A DNA stretch of 64,000 nt, taken from Tubulanus polymorphus. Taxonomy: Eukaryota; Animalia; Nemertea. The stretch is from positions 6,888,555 through 6,952,554 of the forward strand of contig NC_134033.1 of the NCBI RefSeq assembly GCF_964204645.1, written 5' to 3'. The notes under the pieces were generated by a model. That model did not search any database, was not told the origin of the DNA, and saw only the letters and a program-made list of their open reading frames with translations. This document shows, piece after piece, positions 23,710-34,873 of the stretch (positions are counted from its first letter, which is position 1; each line of letters begins with the position of its first letter). The position numbers and the translations under genes are program-made.

Positions 23710-24564
23710 ATGGAAGGTGGTAAAGTATATAAACATATTCCATACATCGATACACATGAAAATAATGATGGTTTATATTATGTAATACCTTGTAATATGG
23801 CTTTGATATTTGATCCTATTTTCAAAATTTATAAAACTAAACTAATAGAAATCGATAATAATAAAAGTGAAGTTGTTGATAATTTAAGTAATGTAATTGA
23901 TAATAATGTAATACCTACTACATCTAATAATGTAATACCTTCTACATCTAATAATGCAATGCCTTCTACATCTAATAATGTAATACCTTCTACATCTAAT
24001 AATGTAATACCTTCTACGTCTAATAATGTAATACCTTCTACATCTAATAATGTAATAATATTAAATGTTAATGAAAATAGAAATTATTGTGGATATTGTA
24101 AAAGTGAATTTTCAAACGCTTCATCAAATTGGAATAAACATATGAAAACAAGGGTACATATAAATAATGTTATAGAACGTGTTGGTTTAAAAGAATTTAT
24201 AGAACACCCATTTAGATATGTTACAAAGTTTGTTTCAAATCAAAAAGTAAATGGTGAAAAAATATATGAAGATTTATTATTAGCAACACCTAATAAAGAT
24301 GAATTAGATATAACCGATGCTAATGAAATATTAGGATCAAACACTGTAAATGAAATATTAGGAGCAAACACTAATAAAGATTCTATGAAACATAAAGTAG
24401 AAAATAATGATAAATTTGATTGGATGAATAAGCATAACAATGAAACAACTATTGATGATTCGGTAAAAAGGATGAAAAAGTATAAAAATAATAAAGAATT
24501 TGAAGAAGAAAATTCGGTAGAGAATTTGAATAAATTGTTAGGGTCTGATAGTGAAAGTGATTAA
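23710..24564 (+). CDS. C2H2 zinc-finger protein with NNVIPSTS repeats, 284 aa
   Basis: CGYC…WNKHMKTRVH; 24-bp tandem repeat at ~23902-24056. Confidence 0.8.
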   Translation: MEGGKVYKHIPYIDTHENNDGLYYVIPCNMALIFDPIFKIYKTKLIEIDNNKSEVVDNLSNVIDNNVIPTTSNNVIPSTSNNAMPSTSNNVIPSTSNNVIPSTSNNVIPSTSNNVIILNVNENRNYCGYCKSEFSNASSNWNKHMKTRVHINNVIERVGLKEFIEHPFRYVTKFVSNQKVNGEKIYEDLLLATPNKDELDITDANEILGSNTVNEILGANTNKDSMKHKVENNDKFDWMNKHNNETTIDDSVKRMKKYKNNKEFEEENSVENLNKLLGSDSESD

Positions 24565-24594
24565 GATATTAATTATATTTAACTCAAAAAGTAA

Positions 24595-24955
24595 TAAAGG
24601 TTGAAAATTGTATAAAATAATAGTAAATAAAAAAGGGGGTTTTAAGTATTTAAGGTATCTAATACATATCTAATACATATCTTATACATATCTAATACAA
24701 TCTAATACATAAAATATCTTATTTTATAAACAGATATTCATATGGAAATTGAAACCTCAGTAATAATAAATAACCTTTATTATTTTCAAACTGATTCATA
24801 TATTAGTTGAAAAAATAAAAATAAATTGGTTGAAAATTGTATAAATAATATTTATTTTAAAAAAGGGGGTTTTAAGTATTCAAGGTATCTAATAGGGTAT
24901 CAGGTATTAGGGTATCTAATGGGGTATCAGGTATTAGGGCATCTAATACATAGGT
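24595..24955. repeat. Intergenic repeat block (GGTTGAAAATTGTATAAA…AAAAGGGGGTTTTAAGTA twice, plus TATCTAATAC/G units)
   Basis: Also present at ~29758-30110 and ~31124-31476. Confidence 0.75.
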
Positions 24956-24965
24956 ACACAAATAG

Positions 24966-25577
24966 TTATTTTACAAATTTATATTCATAGGGAAATTGTA
25001 ATCTCAGTAATAATTTTGAACCTTTATTATTCTTTAATTTATTCATATATTCATCATGTAATTCAGTAGGTATAATTTGATTTCCTTCCAATGATTGTTG
25101 CATAGATTTTTTATCTTTGTTATCAAATAAAACTAGAAATCTTATATTCTCCCTAAAGTCTTTAACAATTGAATTATATTTTTGATTTAAAACCCATGTT
25201 GTTATCCCAAAATGTCTCCCAGAGAAAGCTAGATAACATAACTCACTTTCTCTAACTTTTGAATCATGTAAATTTGCGCAATCATCTATAATGAATAATG
25301 TATTTGATCCTTTATAAGTATCAATTGCTATTTTAATACAATTATCTAAATTTCCTTTTACTGTTTTAGGATCTAATAAAATAAACTTTTTTATCTTAAC
25401 TATATCTCTATCATAAGTTTTATTCATTTCAGAAGTAGGACAGAATAATATTATATTATCAAAACGATTCTTATAAATAGTTTCTAACAAATCTAATATG
25501 AAATGTGTTTTACCACAATTGGTTACACCAGTAACTAACATATTATGCGGTTCAAATATAAATAAATCTTTATTCAT
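24966..25577 (-). CDS. A32-type packaging ATPase, intact, 203 aa
   Basis: GVTNCGKT, FIIDD and GRH motifs. Confidence 0.93.
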   Translation of the reverse strand: MNKDLFIFEPHNMLVTGVTNCGKTHFILDLLETIYKNRFDNIILFCPTSEMNKTYDRDIVKIKKFILLDPKTVKGNLDNCIKIAIDTYKGSNTLFIIDDCANLHDSKVRESELCYLAFSGRHFGITTWVLNQKYNSIVKDFRENIRFLVLFDNKDKKSMQQSLEGNQIIPTELHDEYMNKLKNNKGSKLLLRLQFPYEYKFVK

Positions 25578-26688
25578 TTATTCTTTTAATTTTACTAGAT
25601 AAAATCCATTCATTAAATTTATCATCATATCCTTTATATTTCACCAAAGAATACTTTTTTCCTTTAAGAGTTTTTGTTTTCAATACTTTTTCTATTTTGT
25701 ATTCTATTTCATCTGGACTTGGAACTAGTGATAATTCTTGTTCATAGAAATAACCTAATATTTGTTCGTCTTTTAAATCTTCTAATTTATAAACAAATGG
25801 TTTAGTTAATATTATCTTTTTAATCTTGAATATTTCTTCAGTAAAATTTGGGGTATAACCTTTATAAAATGTTTTTCTATATTTAGATATTCTGACGTGT
25901 TGTCCAATTTTGAATCTAGGTTCACCGAAATCATGTGTAACAAATGCTCCATATAAATTATTCCAAACTATTTCCGAATTATCTTCTTTTCTAGCTTGTA
26001 TAGGTTTCATATTTATAGAACTATGTTTAGAATTATTATAACCTTTCACTAAATCATCTAATACATCGATATATTTATATGTTTCATTAGCAGTAAAATA
26101 TTTCCACATTCTAGTTTTCAATGTTTTATTAAATCTTTCTATAATAGATGCTTTTTTATCTGAATGTGTTGAAAAATAATCTACATCGTTATCAGATAAT
26201 AGTTTTTTAAAATGTTTGTTATAGAATTCCTTACCTTCATCAAATTGTATCTTATCTGGAATAGCTTCTTTAAATATAGATTTAAAAGCATTTGTTACTT
26301 CTATTCCAGTTTTATTTTTGATTGGAATTGACCATGCGTATCGACTGAATATGTCTATAACATTTAATATCCAGAAATATCCTTTGTTGTATTCCTCTAA
26401 GTTCTTCATGTCAATTAAATCTGCTTGCCATTGTTGATCGATATATGAAACCATAACTTTTCTTGTTAAATAAGTTTTATCCATTTTCTTGTGTATTTGA
26501 TATGTTGGTTGATTTTGTAACCATGATTTTAATTCACTATATTTTATACCACCATGTGGGTGCCGTACGGCACCATCACCATTTTCATTATCAGATTTAA
26601 TTTTATTCCATAATTCTGAAACGTTAGAATATGATACTTCACTTTCTGGGTTATAATATAAATCATTTAAATATTGTTCTTTTTTCAT
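25570..26688 (-). CDS. rve integrase with C-terminal chromodomain, intact, 372 aa
   Basis: ADLIDM / IQFDEGKEF / SIIERFNKTLK triad; YKIEKVLKTKTLKGKKYSLVKYKGYDDKFNEWI. Confidence 0.95.
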   Translation of the reverse strand: MKKEQYLNDLYYNPESEVSYSNVSELWNKIKSDNENGDGAVRHPHGGIKYSELKSWLQNQPTYQIHKKMDKTYLTRKVMVSYIDQQWQADLIDMKNLEEYNKGYFWILNVIDIFSRYAWSIPIKNKTGIEVTNAFKSIFKEAIPDKIQFDEGKEFYNKHFKKLLSDNDVDYFSTHSDKKASIIERFNKTLKTRMWKYFTANETYKYIDVLDDLVKGYNNSKHSSINMKPIQARKEDNSEIVWNNLYGAFVTHDFGEPRFKIGQHVRISKYRKTFYKGYTPNFTEEIFKIKKIILTKPFVYKLEDLKDEQILGYFYEQELSLVPSPDEIEYKIEKVLKTKTLKGKKYSLVKYKGYDDKFNEWILSSKIKRINE

Positions 26689-26959
26689 CTTATTTTAATC
26701 CATTAATAATAATCTTGGTTTATTTTCAATGACTTTATCATTTAATTTATTTTCTGGTATAATAGGTTTATTGTCATTGTAATCATCTTTATCATTAGAT
26801 TTGAATTTTGATTTATATATTACACCGGATAATATAATAACTGTTACTAATCCAATTGCTGCTGAACATATTATTTTATTTCTATTTACAGTTGTAAGTG
26901 CAATTATTTTTGGGTTAGTAAACATGATAGAAAATAAATAATTAATTTTTTTTCTAAAT

Positions 26960-28847
26960 AATTGAGTGGGAGTTATATCAATCCTTCTAAGAATCATAGA
27001 ATATCTAATGCTATTAAAGCAGAAAAGATCACATCATATAATTACTCATAACCCTTCTAATATTAATCCCGATGAAACTTTATATGTTAGAATTCCGAGA
27101 TTAACACAAAATACTTTTTACGTTCCAAATAGTATTTTTTTATCAGCCGATATAAAAGTAATTGGTCATGATAATAATTATGTTGTTGATAATGTTGGAA
27201 GATATTTGATTAAAAAATTAACAATAAAGATTGGTCCAGAAACAGTTTTCTCATTAGATGATTATAATTTATTTATGCATTATAAAGATTTATGGTTAAC
27301 TAAAGAAAACAGAAATAATATGATATTTCAAGGCATCCAATCGGAAAACCAAAATAAATTAAGATCAGGAGCTAATGACGCAATAGTAACTCGTACCGCA
27401 GATAATTTGATAAAAAAGATTTATGGAAGCAAATATAAAATTCCATTAGACTTTGAATTGATAAATAATAATGCGCCTTTATATAAATACGCAATTCAAG
27501 AAGATGTTATATTCCAAATAACATTTGCTCCTGTTAATGAAATTGTAATATCTAGCGTTAATAAAGATATGGGTTATAAATTATCGAATATATGTTTAGA
27601 ATATGATACAGTTACTGATGAAAATATTTCAAGTATAATTCAAACTCAATACAATCAAGGATTTTCATTATTATATGATTATATTGATAAATTTAAAACT
27701 GTAACTATTAATGCAAATGATGAAATTATTAATGAGAATATTAACTTCCCAAGAAGATCTATTAAAGGTATATTAATATTTTTTACTATTGCAACATATA
27801 CTAATGGCGCAATAAATGTTGATAATTATTATAATCCTGAAATAACAAAAGTAGAAATAACTATCGAAGGAATAGCAAATAAAATATTTTGTCAAGGAAT
27901 GAGAATGATTGATCAATGGCCAGAAATTAGAAAACATTTTATGAATGAAAAAGTGAAATCATCTGAAAATTTTAATATTAATCAAATTGATTATTATACC
28001 GGTAATAAATATGCATTAAAACTCTTTCCATGCTAACTGTGACCGGACGACACAGTCTCCAGAACCCTTTGTTTTTGCGCGGTGTGGTGCCACGTCACAG
28101 GTGTTTGACCTACTTATCCCCTTACTGTCTAAATGGCAATGTATAAAGCTTATACGGCTTGTATGTATGCCTGGTAGTCCTGGCAACCCCAGGGACTTGT
28201 TTTTGAGTTCGCTGGCGGGTGTATGAATAAAATCAATGTAGGTCACGAAAGTCATTATCGGTGAATTGAGGTCAAGTTGTGTAAACAAAGTAGGGCAAAA
28301 TTGAAAGCTTTATAAATAGACACAGCGGCTGGTATACGGTGTCTATACATGATGCAGTGGATATAATGGAGATATATAGAGAGAATATGAAGCTGCAGTT
28401 AGGGGTAGGGGTACCCGAATGACCCGAAAGTAGGTCAAATTTTTTGTTGTTGATATTTTGGGGGCCCCTAACGACCCCAGAATAGCTAGATCATCAGAAA
28501 CAAGCTGAATCATCATATTTTAGTGTAGGGAAGCGTATTAGACCTACTCTAGAAGTTTGAGAACCCAATATTTTTTGAAAAAATTTTTTTTTCGAAATAT
28601 AAGTCGCAAAATCTCAGGATCCGGTTTTTAGGGAAGTCGCATGGAAAGAGATTTATGGTTAGATTTAAGAACAACAGAGGATAATTCATTACATGGTTCT
28701 GGAAAAAAATTACAGAACACTAAAGATGGAATACAATTATTCATGACAAAGAATAAAGGAATCAAAAATTTCAAAATGCACATTTATATTATATCTGACG
28801 CGCAATTAAATATTGTAAATTCTCAATTAAATAGTGTTATGTATTAA
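26960..28847 (+). pseudogene. Third putative MCP copy, interrupted by a MITE
   Basis: Close copy of 22429-23677 with the same +A frameshift; insertion at 28019-28653 splits YAL|WLD. Confidence 0.85.
28019..28653. mobile_element. 635-bp non-autonomous DNA transposon (MITE)
   Basis: TIR AAACTCTTTCCATGC / GCATGGAAAGAGATT (14/15); TA (or TTA) duplicated; the empty site gcattatgg is seen in the other MCP copies. Confidence 0.9.
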
Positions 28848-28879
28848 AATTTTAACTATAATAAAAATTTATATAATAA

Positions 28880-29755
28880 ATGGAAGGAGGTAAAGTATAT
28901 AAACATATTCCATACATCGATGCACATGAAAATAATGATGGTTTATATTATGTAATACCTTGTAATATAGCTTTGATATTTGATCCTATTTTCAAAATTT
29001 ATAAAACTAAACTAATAGAAATCGATAATAATAAAAGTTGTGTTGTTGATAATTTAAGTAATGTAATTGATAATAATGTAATACCTTCTACATCTAATAA
29101 TGTAATACCTACTACATCTAATAATGTAATACCTTCTACATCTAATAATGTAATACCTTCTACATCTAATAATGAAATAATATTAAATTTTAGTGAAAAT
29201 AGAAATTATTGTGGATATTGTAAAAGTGAATTTTCAAACGCTCCATCAAATTGGAATAAACATATGAATACAAGGGTACATATAAATAATGTTATAGAAC
29301 GTGTTGGTTTAAAAGAATTTATAGAACACCCATTTAGATATGTTACAAAGTTTGTTTCAAATCAAAAAGTAAATGGTAAAGAATTATATAAAGATTTATT
29401 ATTAGCAACACCTAATAAAGATGAATTAGATTTAACCGATGCTAATAAAATATTAGAATCAAACACTGTAAATGAAATATTATGAGCAAACACTAATAAA
29501 GATAATAATGAAAATGCTGCCGTATGGCACCAACATGGCGATATAGTTACAGGAAAGCGCATTGATAATAAAGATTCTATGAAACTTAAATCAGAAAATA
29601 AAGATATAGTTGAGATGACTAATAATTATATCAATAAACCAATTATTTATGAAGATACGGTAGGGCATTTGAATAAATTGTTAGGGTCTGATGATGAATT
29701 GGAGAGTGATGATGAAAGTGATTCAGAAAGTAATTATCTAACACTCAAAAAGTAA
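28880..29755 (+). pseudogene. Second C2H2 zinc-finger/NNVIPSTS gene copy with nonsense at 29483
   Basis: Near-identical to 23710 over the first ~200 codons; fewer 24-bp repeats; extra 72-bp in-frame segment. Confidence 0.85.
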
Positions 29756-32256
29756 TAAAGGTTGAAAATTGTATAAAATAATAGTAAATAAAAAAGGGGG
29801 TTTTAAGTATTAAGGTATCTAATACGTATTAAATACATATCTAATACATATCTAATACGTATTATTTGAAAATACCTTAAATTACATTTCTTTTTTAAAT
29901 TTATATTGAAACCTCAGTAATAATAAATAACCTTTATTATTTTCAAACTTATTCATATATTAGTTGAAAAAATAAAAATAAATTGGTTGAAAATTGTATA
30001 AATAATATTTATTTTTAAAAAGGGGGTTTTAAGTAATTAAGGTATCTAATAAGGTATCAGGTATTAGGGTATCTAATATGGTATCTAATAGGGTATCTAA
30101 TACATAGGTATATTTTAAACATATTTCAATATTTATATTTGTATGAGTTAGATTTTTAAACATTAAAAGTGTTAGTAAAGTTTTATTGAAATAATTCATA
30201 TATATTCATGAATAACATATAAATGAATAACTTCTAAAATCAATTTAGTAAAAAAATATGTATAATAAATGGAACCAGAACAACCACAAACTATAAATAT
30301 TACAAATAACACTGGTGTCATAAACATATACTACAAGAAGTGTTCTAAATGTGAATTAGATAAATTAGCTTTAACAGAATTTAGTAAGCGTAAGATTAGT
30401 AAAGATGGTTTTCAATATTGCTGTAAAACTTGTACTAAACTATATACCAAACAATATCGAGAGGATAATATAGAACATTATAATTATTATATGGCAGAAT
30501 ATATGAGAGAAAGATATAAAACAGATCTTAATTTTAGACTGAAACAATGCTTAAGATCTAGATTAACACAATTATTCAACAAAGAAACACATTTAGAAAC
30601 ACTATCTAATTTATTCGGTTGTTCAGATGAATTTTTCATATCATGGATAATATATCAATTCGATGATAAAATGAATATAGATAATTATGGTGAATACTTT
30701 CATATTGCATGTGTTGCCGATTTCTAAATTTGACATGAGTGATGATTATAATAAGAAGCTAATATGGAATTGGAAGAATCTAAGACCTTTAGAAAAGAAG
30801 GAAAACATAATTAAATCTAACAAACTAGATTTACAGTTATATTTAGATCAACTGGATAAAGCAAAGACATTTGTTGAATTATGGAACTCATGGCACCAAC
30901 ATGGCGATATAGTTACAGGAAAGCGCATTGATAATAAAGATTCTATGAAACTTAAATCAGAAAATAAAGATATAGTTGAGATGACTAATAATTATATCAA
31001 TAAACCAATTATTTATGAAGATACGGTAGGGCATTTGAATAAATTGTTAGGGTCTGATGATGAATTGGAGAGTGATGATGAAAGTGATTCAGAAAGTAAT
31101 TATCTAACACTCAAAAAGTAATGAAGGTTGAAAATTGTATAAAATAATAGTAAATAAAAAAGGGGGTTTTAAGTATTAAGGTATCTAATACGTATTAAAT
31201 ACATATCTAATACATATCTAATACGTATTATTTGAAAATACCTTAAATTACATTTCTTTTTTAAATTTATATTGAAACCTCAGTAATAATAAATAACCTT
31301 TATTATTTTCAAACTTATTCATATATTAGTTGAAAAAATAAAAATAAATTGGTTGAAAATTGTATAAATAATATTTATTTTTAAAAAGGGGGTTTTAAGT
31401 AATTAAGGTATCTAATAAGGTATCAGGTATTAGGGTATCTAATATGGTATCTAATAGGGTATCTAATACATAGGTATATTTTAAACATATTTCAATATTT
31501 ATATTTGTATGAGTTAGATTTTTAAACATTAAAAGTGTTAGTAAAGTTTTATTGAAATAATTCATATATATTCATGAATAACATATAAATGAATAACTTC
31601 TAAAATCAATTTAGTAAAAAAATATGTATAATAAATGGAACCAGAACAACCACAAACTATAAATATTACAAATAACACTGGTGTCATAAACATATACTAC
31701 AAGAAGTGTTCTAAATGTGAATTAGATAAATTAGCTTTAACAGAATTTAGTAAGCGTAAGATTAGTAAAGATGGTTTTCAATATTGCTGTAAAACTTGTA
31801 CTAAACTATATACCAAACAATATCGAGAGGATAATATAGAACATTATAATTATTATATGGCAGAATATATGAGAGAAAGATATAAAACAGATCTTAATTT
31901 TAGACTGAAACAATGCTTAAGATCTAGATTAACACAATTATTCAACAAAGAAACACATTTAGAAACACTATCTAATTTATTCGGTTGTTCAGATGAATTT
32001 TTCATATCATGGATAATATATCAATTCGATGATAAAATGAATATAGATAATTATGGTGAATACTTTCATATTGCATGTGTTGCCGATTTCTAAATTTGAC
32101 ATGAGTGATGATTATAATAAGAAGCTAATATGGAATTGGAAGAATCTAAGACCTTTAGAAAAGAAGGAAAACATAATTAAATCTAACAAACTAGATTTAC
32201 AGTTATATTTAGATCAACTGGATAAAGCAAAGACATTTGTTGAATTATGGAACTCA
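29525..32256 (+). repeat. Tandem duplication of a 1366-bp unit (29525-30890, 30891-32256)
   Basis: Identical ORFs at 30269 and 31635; junction ggaactca|tggcaccaac. Confidence 0.95.
30269..30890 (+). pseudogene. NCLDV/phage-type HNH endonuclease with N-terminal CxxC…CxxC, copy 1
   Basis: KTDLNFRL…LRSRL…GCS…YQF…M…NYG…FHI[D]HVLPIS.FD…W.NLRPL…EN..KSNK; 2-bp deletion in HIDH. Confidence 0.75.
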
Positions 32257-32286
32257 ACACATAATGAAAAATACGTTGAATGTTAA
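31635..32286 (+). pseudogene. NCLDV/phage-type HNH endonuclease, copy 2 (native 3' end)
   Basis: Same sequence and same frameshift as copy 1. Confidence 0.75.
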
Positions 32287-32787
32287 ACGCTTAGAAAACC
32301 GGCTACTCTCGATCTATGTCAAACCGCCTGTATGTAATTGTATTAGGTTGTTTACAAAAGCATCTGTCGCACGTTATATTCAGTTGAATAGGGTGTATCT
32401 CATTTGAATATTGATCGAATGTGCTATTTCAGTTGAAAAGGATTAATCAATAACATTACAAAGGAACATCTGTTGCACCAGACAGTGTTTAGCTAGTGAA
32501 TACCTGGCAGTTATAAACGCGTACGGCACCCACATGGTGATATCAAATAGAATTTAAATAAAATATAATAAAAAAACAATAACTTCAACTAGCTAGTGAA
32601 TTCTATTATATTTTTAATATTTTCTTTTCAAAAAAGAATACTTTATATTTTGAATAGATTCAAATAGAAATTCTTTAAATTCAAATAGCTAGTATCAGTA
32701 GTCAATACTAGAATTCTTTAGCTTTAACTAGCTAGTATCATTTGAAGAATACTTATAATATTTTTTTGCTTTTTTTCTATAATATAA

Positions 32788-33390
32788 ATGTCAAAGAAAT
32801 CTAATAAGAATAATGCCGATATTGAAAAGACATTAGATGATTTGGGTATAAGTGATAATAAAGATACAGTTGTTTCTAATTCTATTCAAGTTAATAACAA
32901 TATTGATTATGAATACTATTTATATTGTAAACACCATCTAGAATTATTAATTGCTAGTGGTAAATGTAATCAGTTTATCGGGAAAATTTTAACTTATCAA
33001 GAACTAGTTGCTATGAAACCCGATAAAGTAATAAAATATTTTAAGATTTATGAAGAGGCAAGATTAGCCCGAATAAACGACTCTATAAGTGATGGTATTG
33101 TCAAATGTTATTCTAAGTTATGTAACCGGTTAATACCAATTGATGATGAAAATAAATTATATAGTGATTTAAAAAATGACTATTTAGTTATGACTGAATT
33201 ACAAAAATGGGTTGGTTATGCTTCATTTCAATTAGGATCGGTAATGACTTTAATTTCTACTGGCGTCATAACATTTTCCAACATCAAGCCTATGGAATAT
33301 AAATCAGGTAAGAACGAAACAGATGTACTACAACCAATCAGTAAAACAGAAAATGAATCAGAACAAAAATTAACTAAAATAAATGAGTGA
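32788..33390 (+). CDS. Conserved hypothetical Polinton protein, 200 aa
   Basis: Intact ORF; TATAAATG start; homologue at 10475. Confidence 0.8.
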   Translation: MSKKSNKNNADIEKTLDDLGISDNKDTVVSNSIQVNNNIDYEYYLYCKHHLELLIASGKCNQFIGKILTYQELVAMKPDKVIKYFKIYEEARLARINDSISDGIVKCYSKLCNRLIPIDDENKLYSDLKNDYLVMTELQKWVGYASFQLGSVMTLISTGVITFSNIKPMEYKSGKNETDVLQPISKTENESEQKLTKINE

Positions 33391-33754
33391 TGGCGTTAAG
33401 AAAAAGGCTAGATCCGAAAAACAAATTAAATGGGCAAGAGAATTAGGTAAAAGATCTTCAGAATTAAAAAAAGCTAAGAAAAAGAAATTAACTGATATTA
33501 ATGAATCACAGACTTTATCTGATATTGATTCAAATAATAATCCATCTGATTCTTCTAATGCTGGAAGTAATAATTACTTATATATTACAATTGGATTAGT
33601 TACAGTTATCATATTCTCTGGTGTAATATATAAATATAAGTATAAATCTGATTATAACAATAATGATTCCAATGATAATAAACCTATTATACCAGAAAAT
33701 AAGACAAATCATAAAGTCATTGAAACTAAATCTAAATTATTATTAATGGATTAA
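33383..33754 (+). CDS. Basic N-terminal, single-TM protein, 123 aa
   Basis: K/R-rich N-terminus; TM YLYITIGLVTVIIFSGVIY; its tail is duplicated on the minus strand at 26695-26858. Confidence 0.75.
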   Translation: MSDGVKKKARSEKQIKWARELGKRSSELKKAKKKKLTDINESQTLSDIDSNNNPSDSSNAGSNNYLYITIGLVTVIIFSGVIYKYKYKSDYNNNDSNDNKPIIPENKTNHKVIETKSKLLLMD

Positions 33755-33760
33755 AATAGA

Positions 33761-34873
33761 ATGAAAAAAGAACAATATTTAAGAGAGTTATATTACAACC
33801 CAGAAAGTGAAGTATCATATTCTAATGTTTCAGAATTATGGAATACAATTAAATCTGATAATGAAAATGGTGCCGTACGGCACCCACATGGTGATATAAA
33901 ATATAGTGAATTAAAATCATGGTTACAAAATCAACCAACATATCAAATACACAAGAAAATGGATAAAACTTATTTAACAAGAAAAGTTATGGTTTCATAT
34001 ATTGATCAACAATGGCAAGCAGATTTAATTGACATGAAGAACTTAGAGGAATACAACAAATGATATTTCTGGATATGAAATGTTATACACATATTCAGTA
34101 GATACGCATGGTCAATTCCAATCAAAAATAAAACTGGAATAGAAGTGACAAATGCTTTTAAATCAATATTTTAAGAAGCTATTCCAGATAAGATACAATT
34201 TGATGAAGGTAAGGAATTTTATAACAAACATTTTAAAAAACTATTATCTGATAACGATGTAGATTATTTTTCAACACACTCAGATAAAAAAGCATCTATA
34301 ATAGAAAGATTTAATAAAACATTGAAAACTAGAATGTGGAAATATTTTACTGCTAATGAAACATATAAATATATCGATGTATTAGATGATTTAGTGAAAG
34401 GTTATAATAATTCTAAACATAGTTCTATAAATATGAAACCTATACAAGCTAGAAAAGAAGATAATTCGGAAATAGTTTGGAATAATTTATATGGAGCGTT
34501 TGTTACGCATGATTTTGGTGAACCAAGATTTAAAATTGGACAACACGTCAGAATATCTAAATATAGAAAAACATTTTATAAAGGTTATACCCCTAATTTT
34601 ACAGAAGAAATATTTAAAATTAAAAAGATAATATTAACTAAACCTTTTGTTTATAAACTAGAAGATCTAAAAGATGAAGAAATATTAGGTTATTTCTATG
34701 AACAAGAATTATCACTTGTACCAAATCCAGATGAAATCGAATACAAAATAGAAAAAGTATTGAAAACAAAAACTCTTAAAGGAAAAAAGTATTCTTTGGT
34801 GAAATATAAAGGATATGATGATAAGTTTAATGAATGGAGTTTATCTAGTAAAATTAAAAGAATAAATGAATAA
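33761..34873 (+). pseudogene. rve integrase plus chromodomain with nonsense mutations
   Basis: Close copy of 25570-26688; stops at ~34061, ~34076 and ~34172. Confidence 0.92.

Noticed and set aside
26695-26997. 100-aa minus-strand ORF
   Set aside because: A chimera across the 26856-26858 rearrangement junction.
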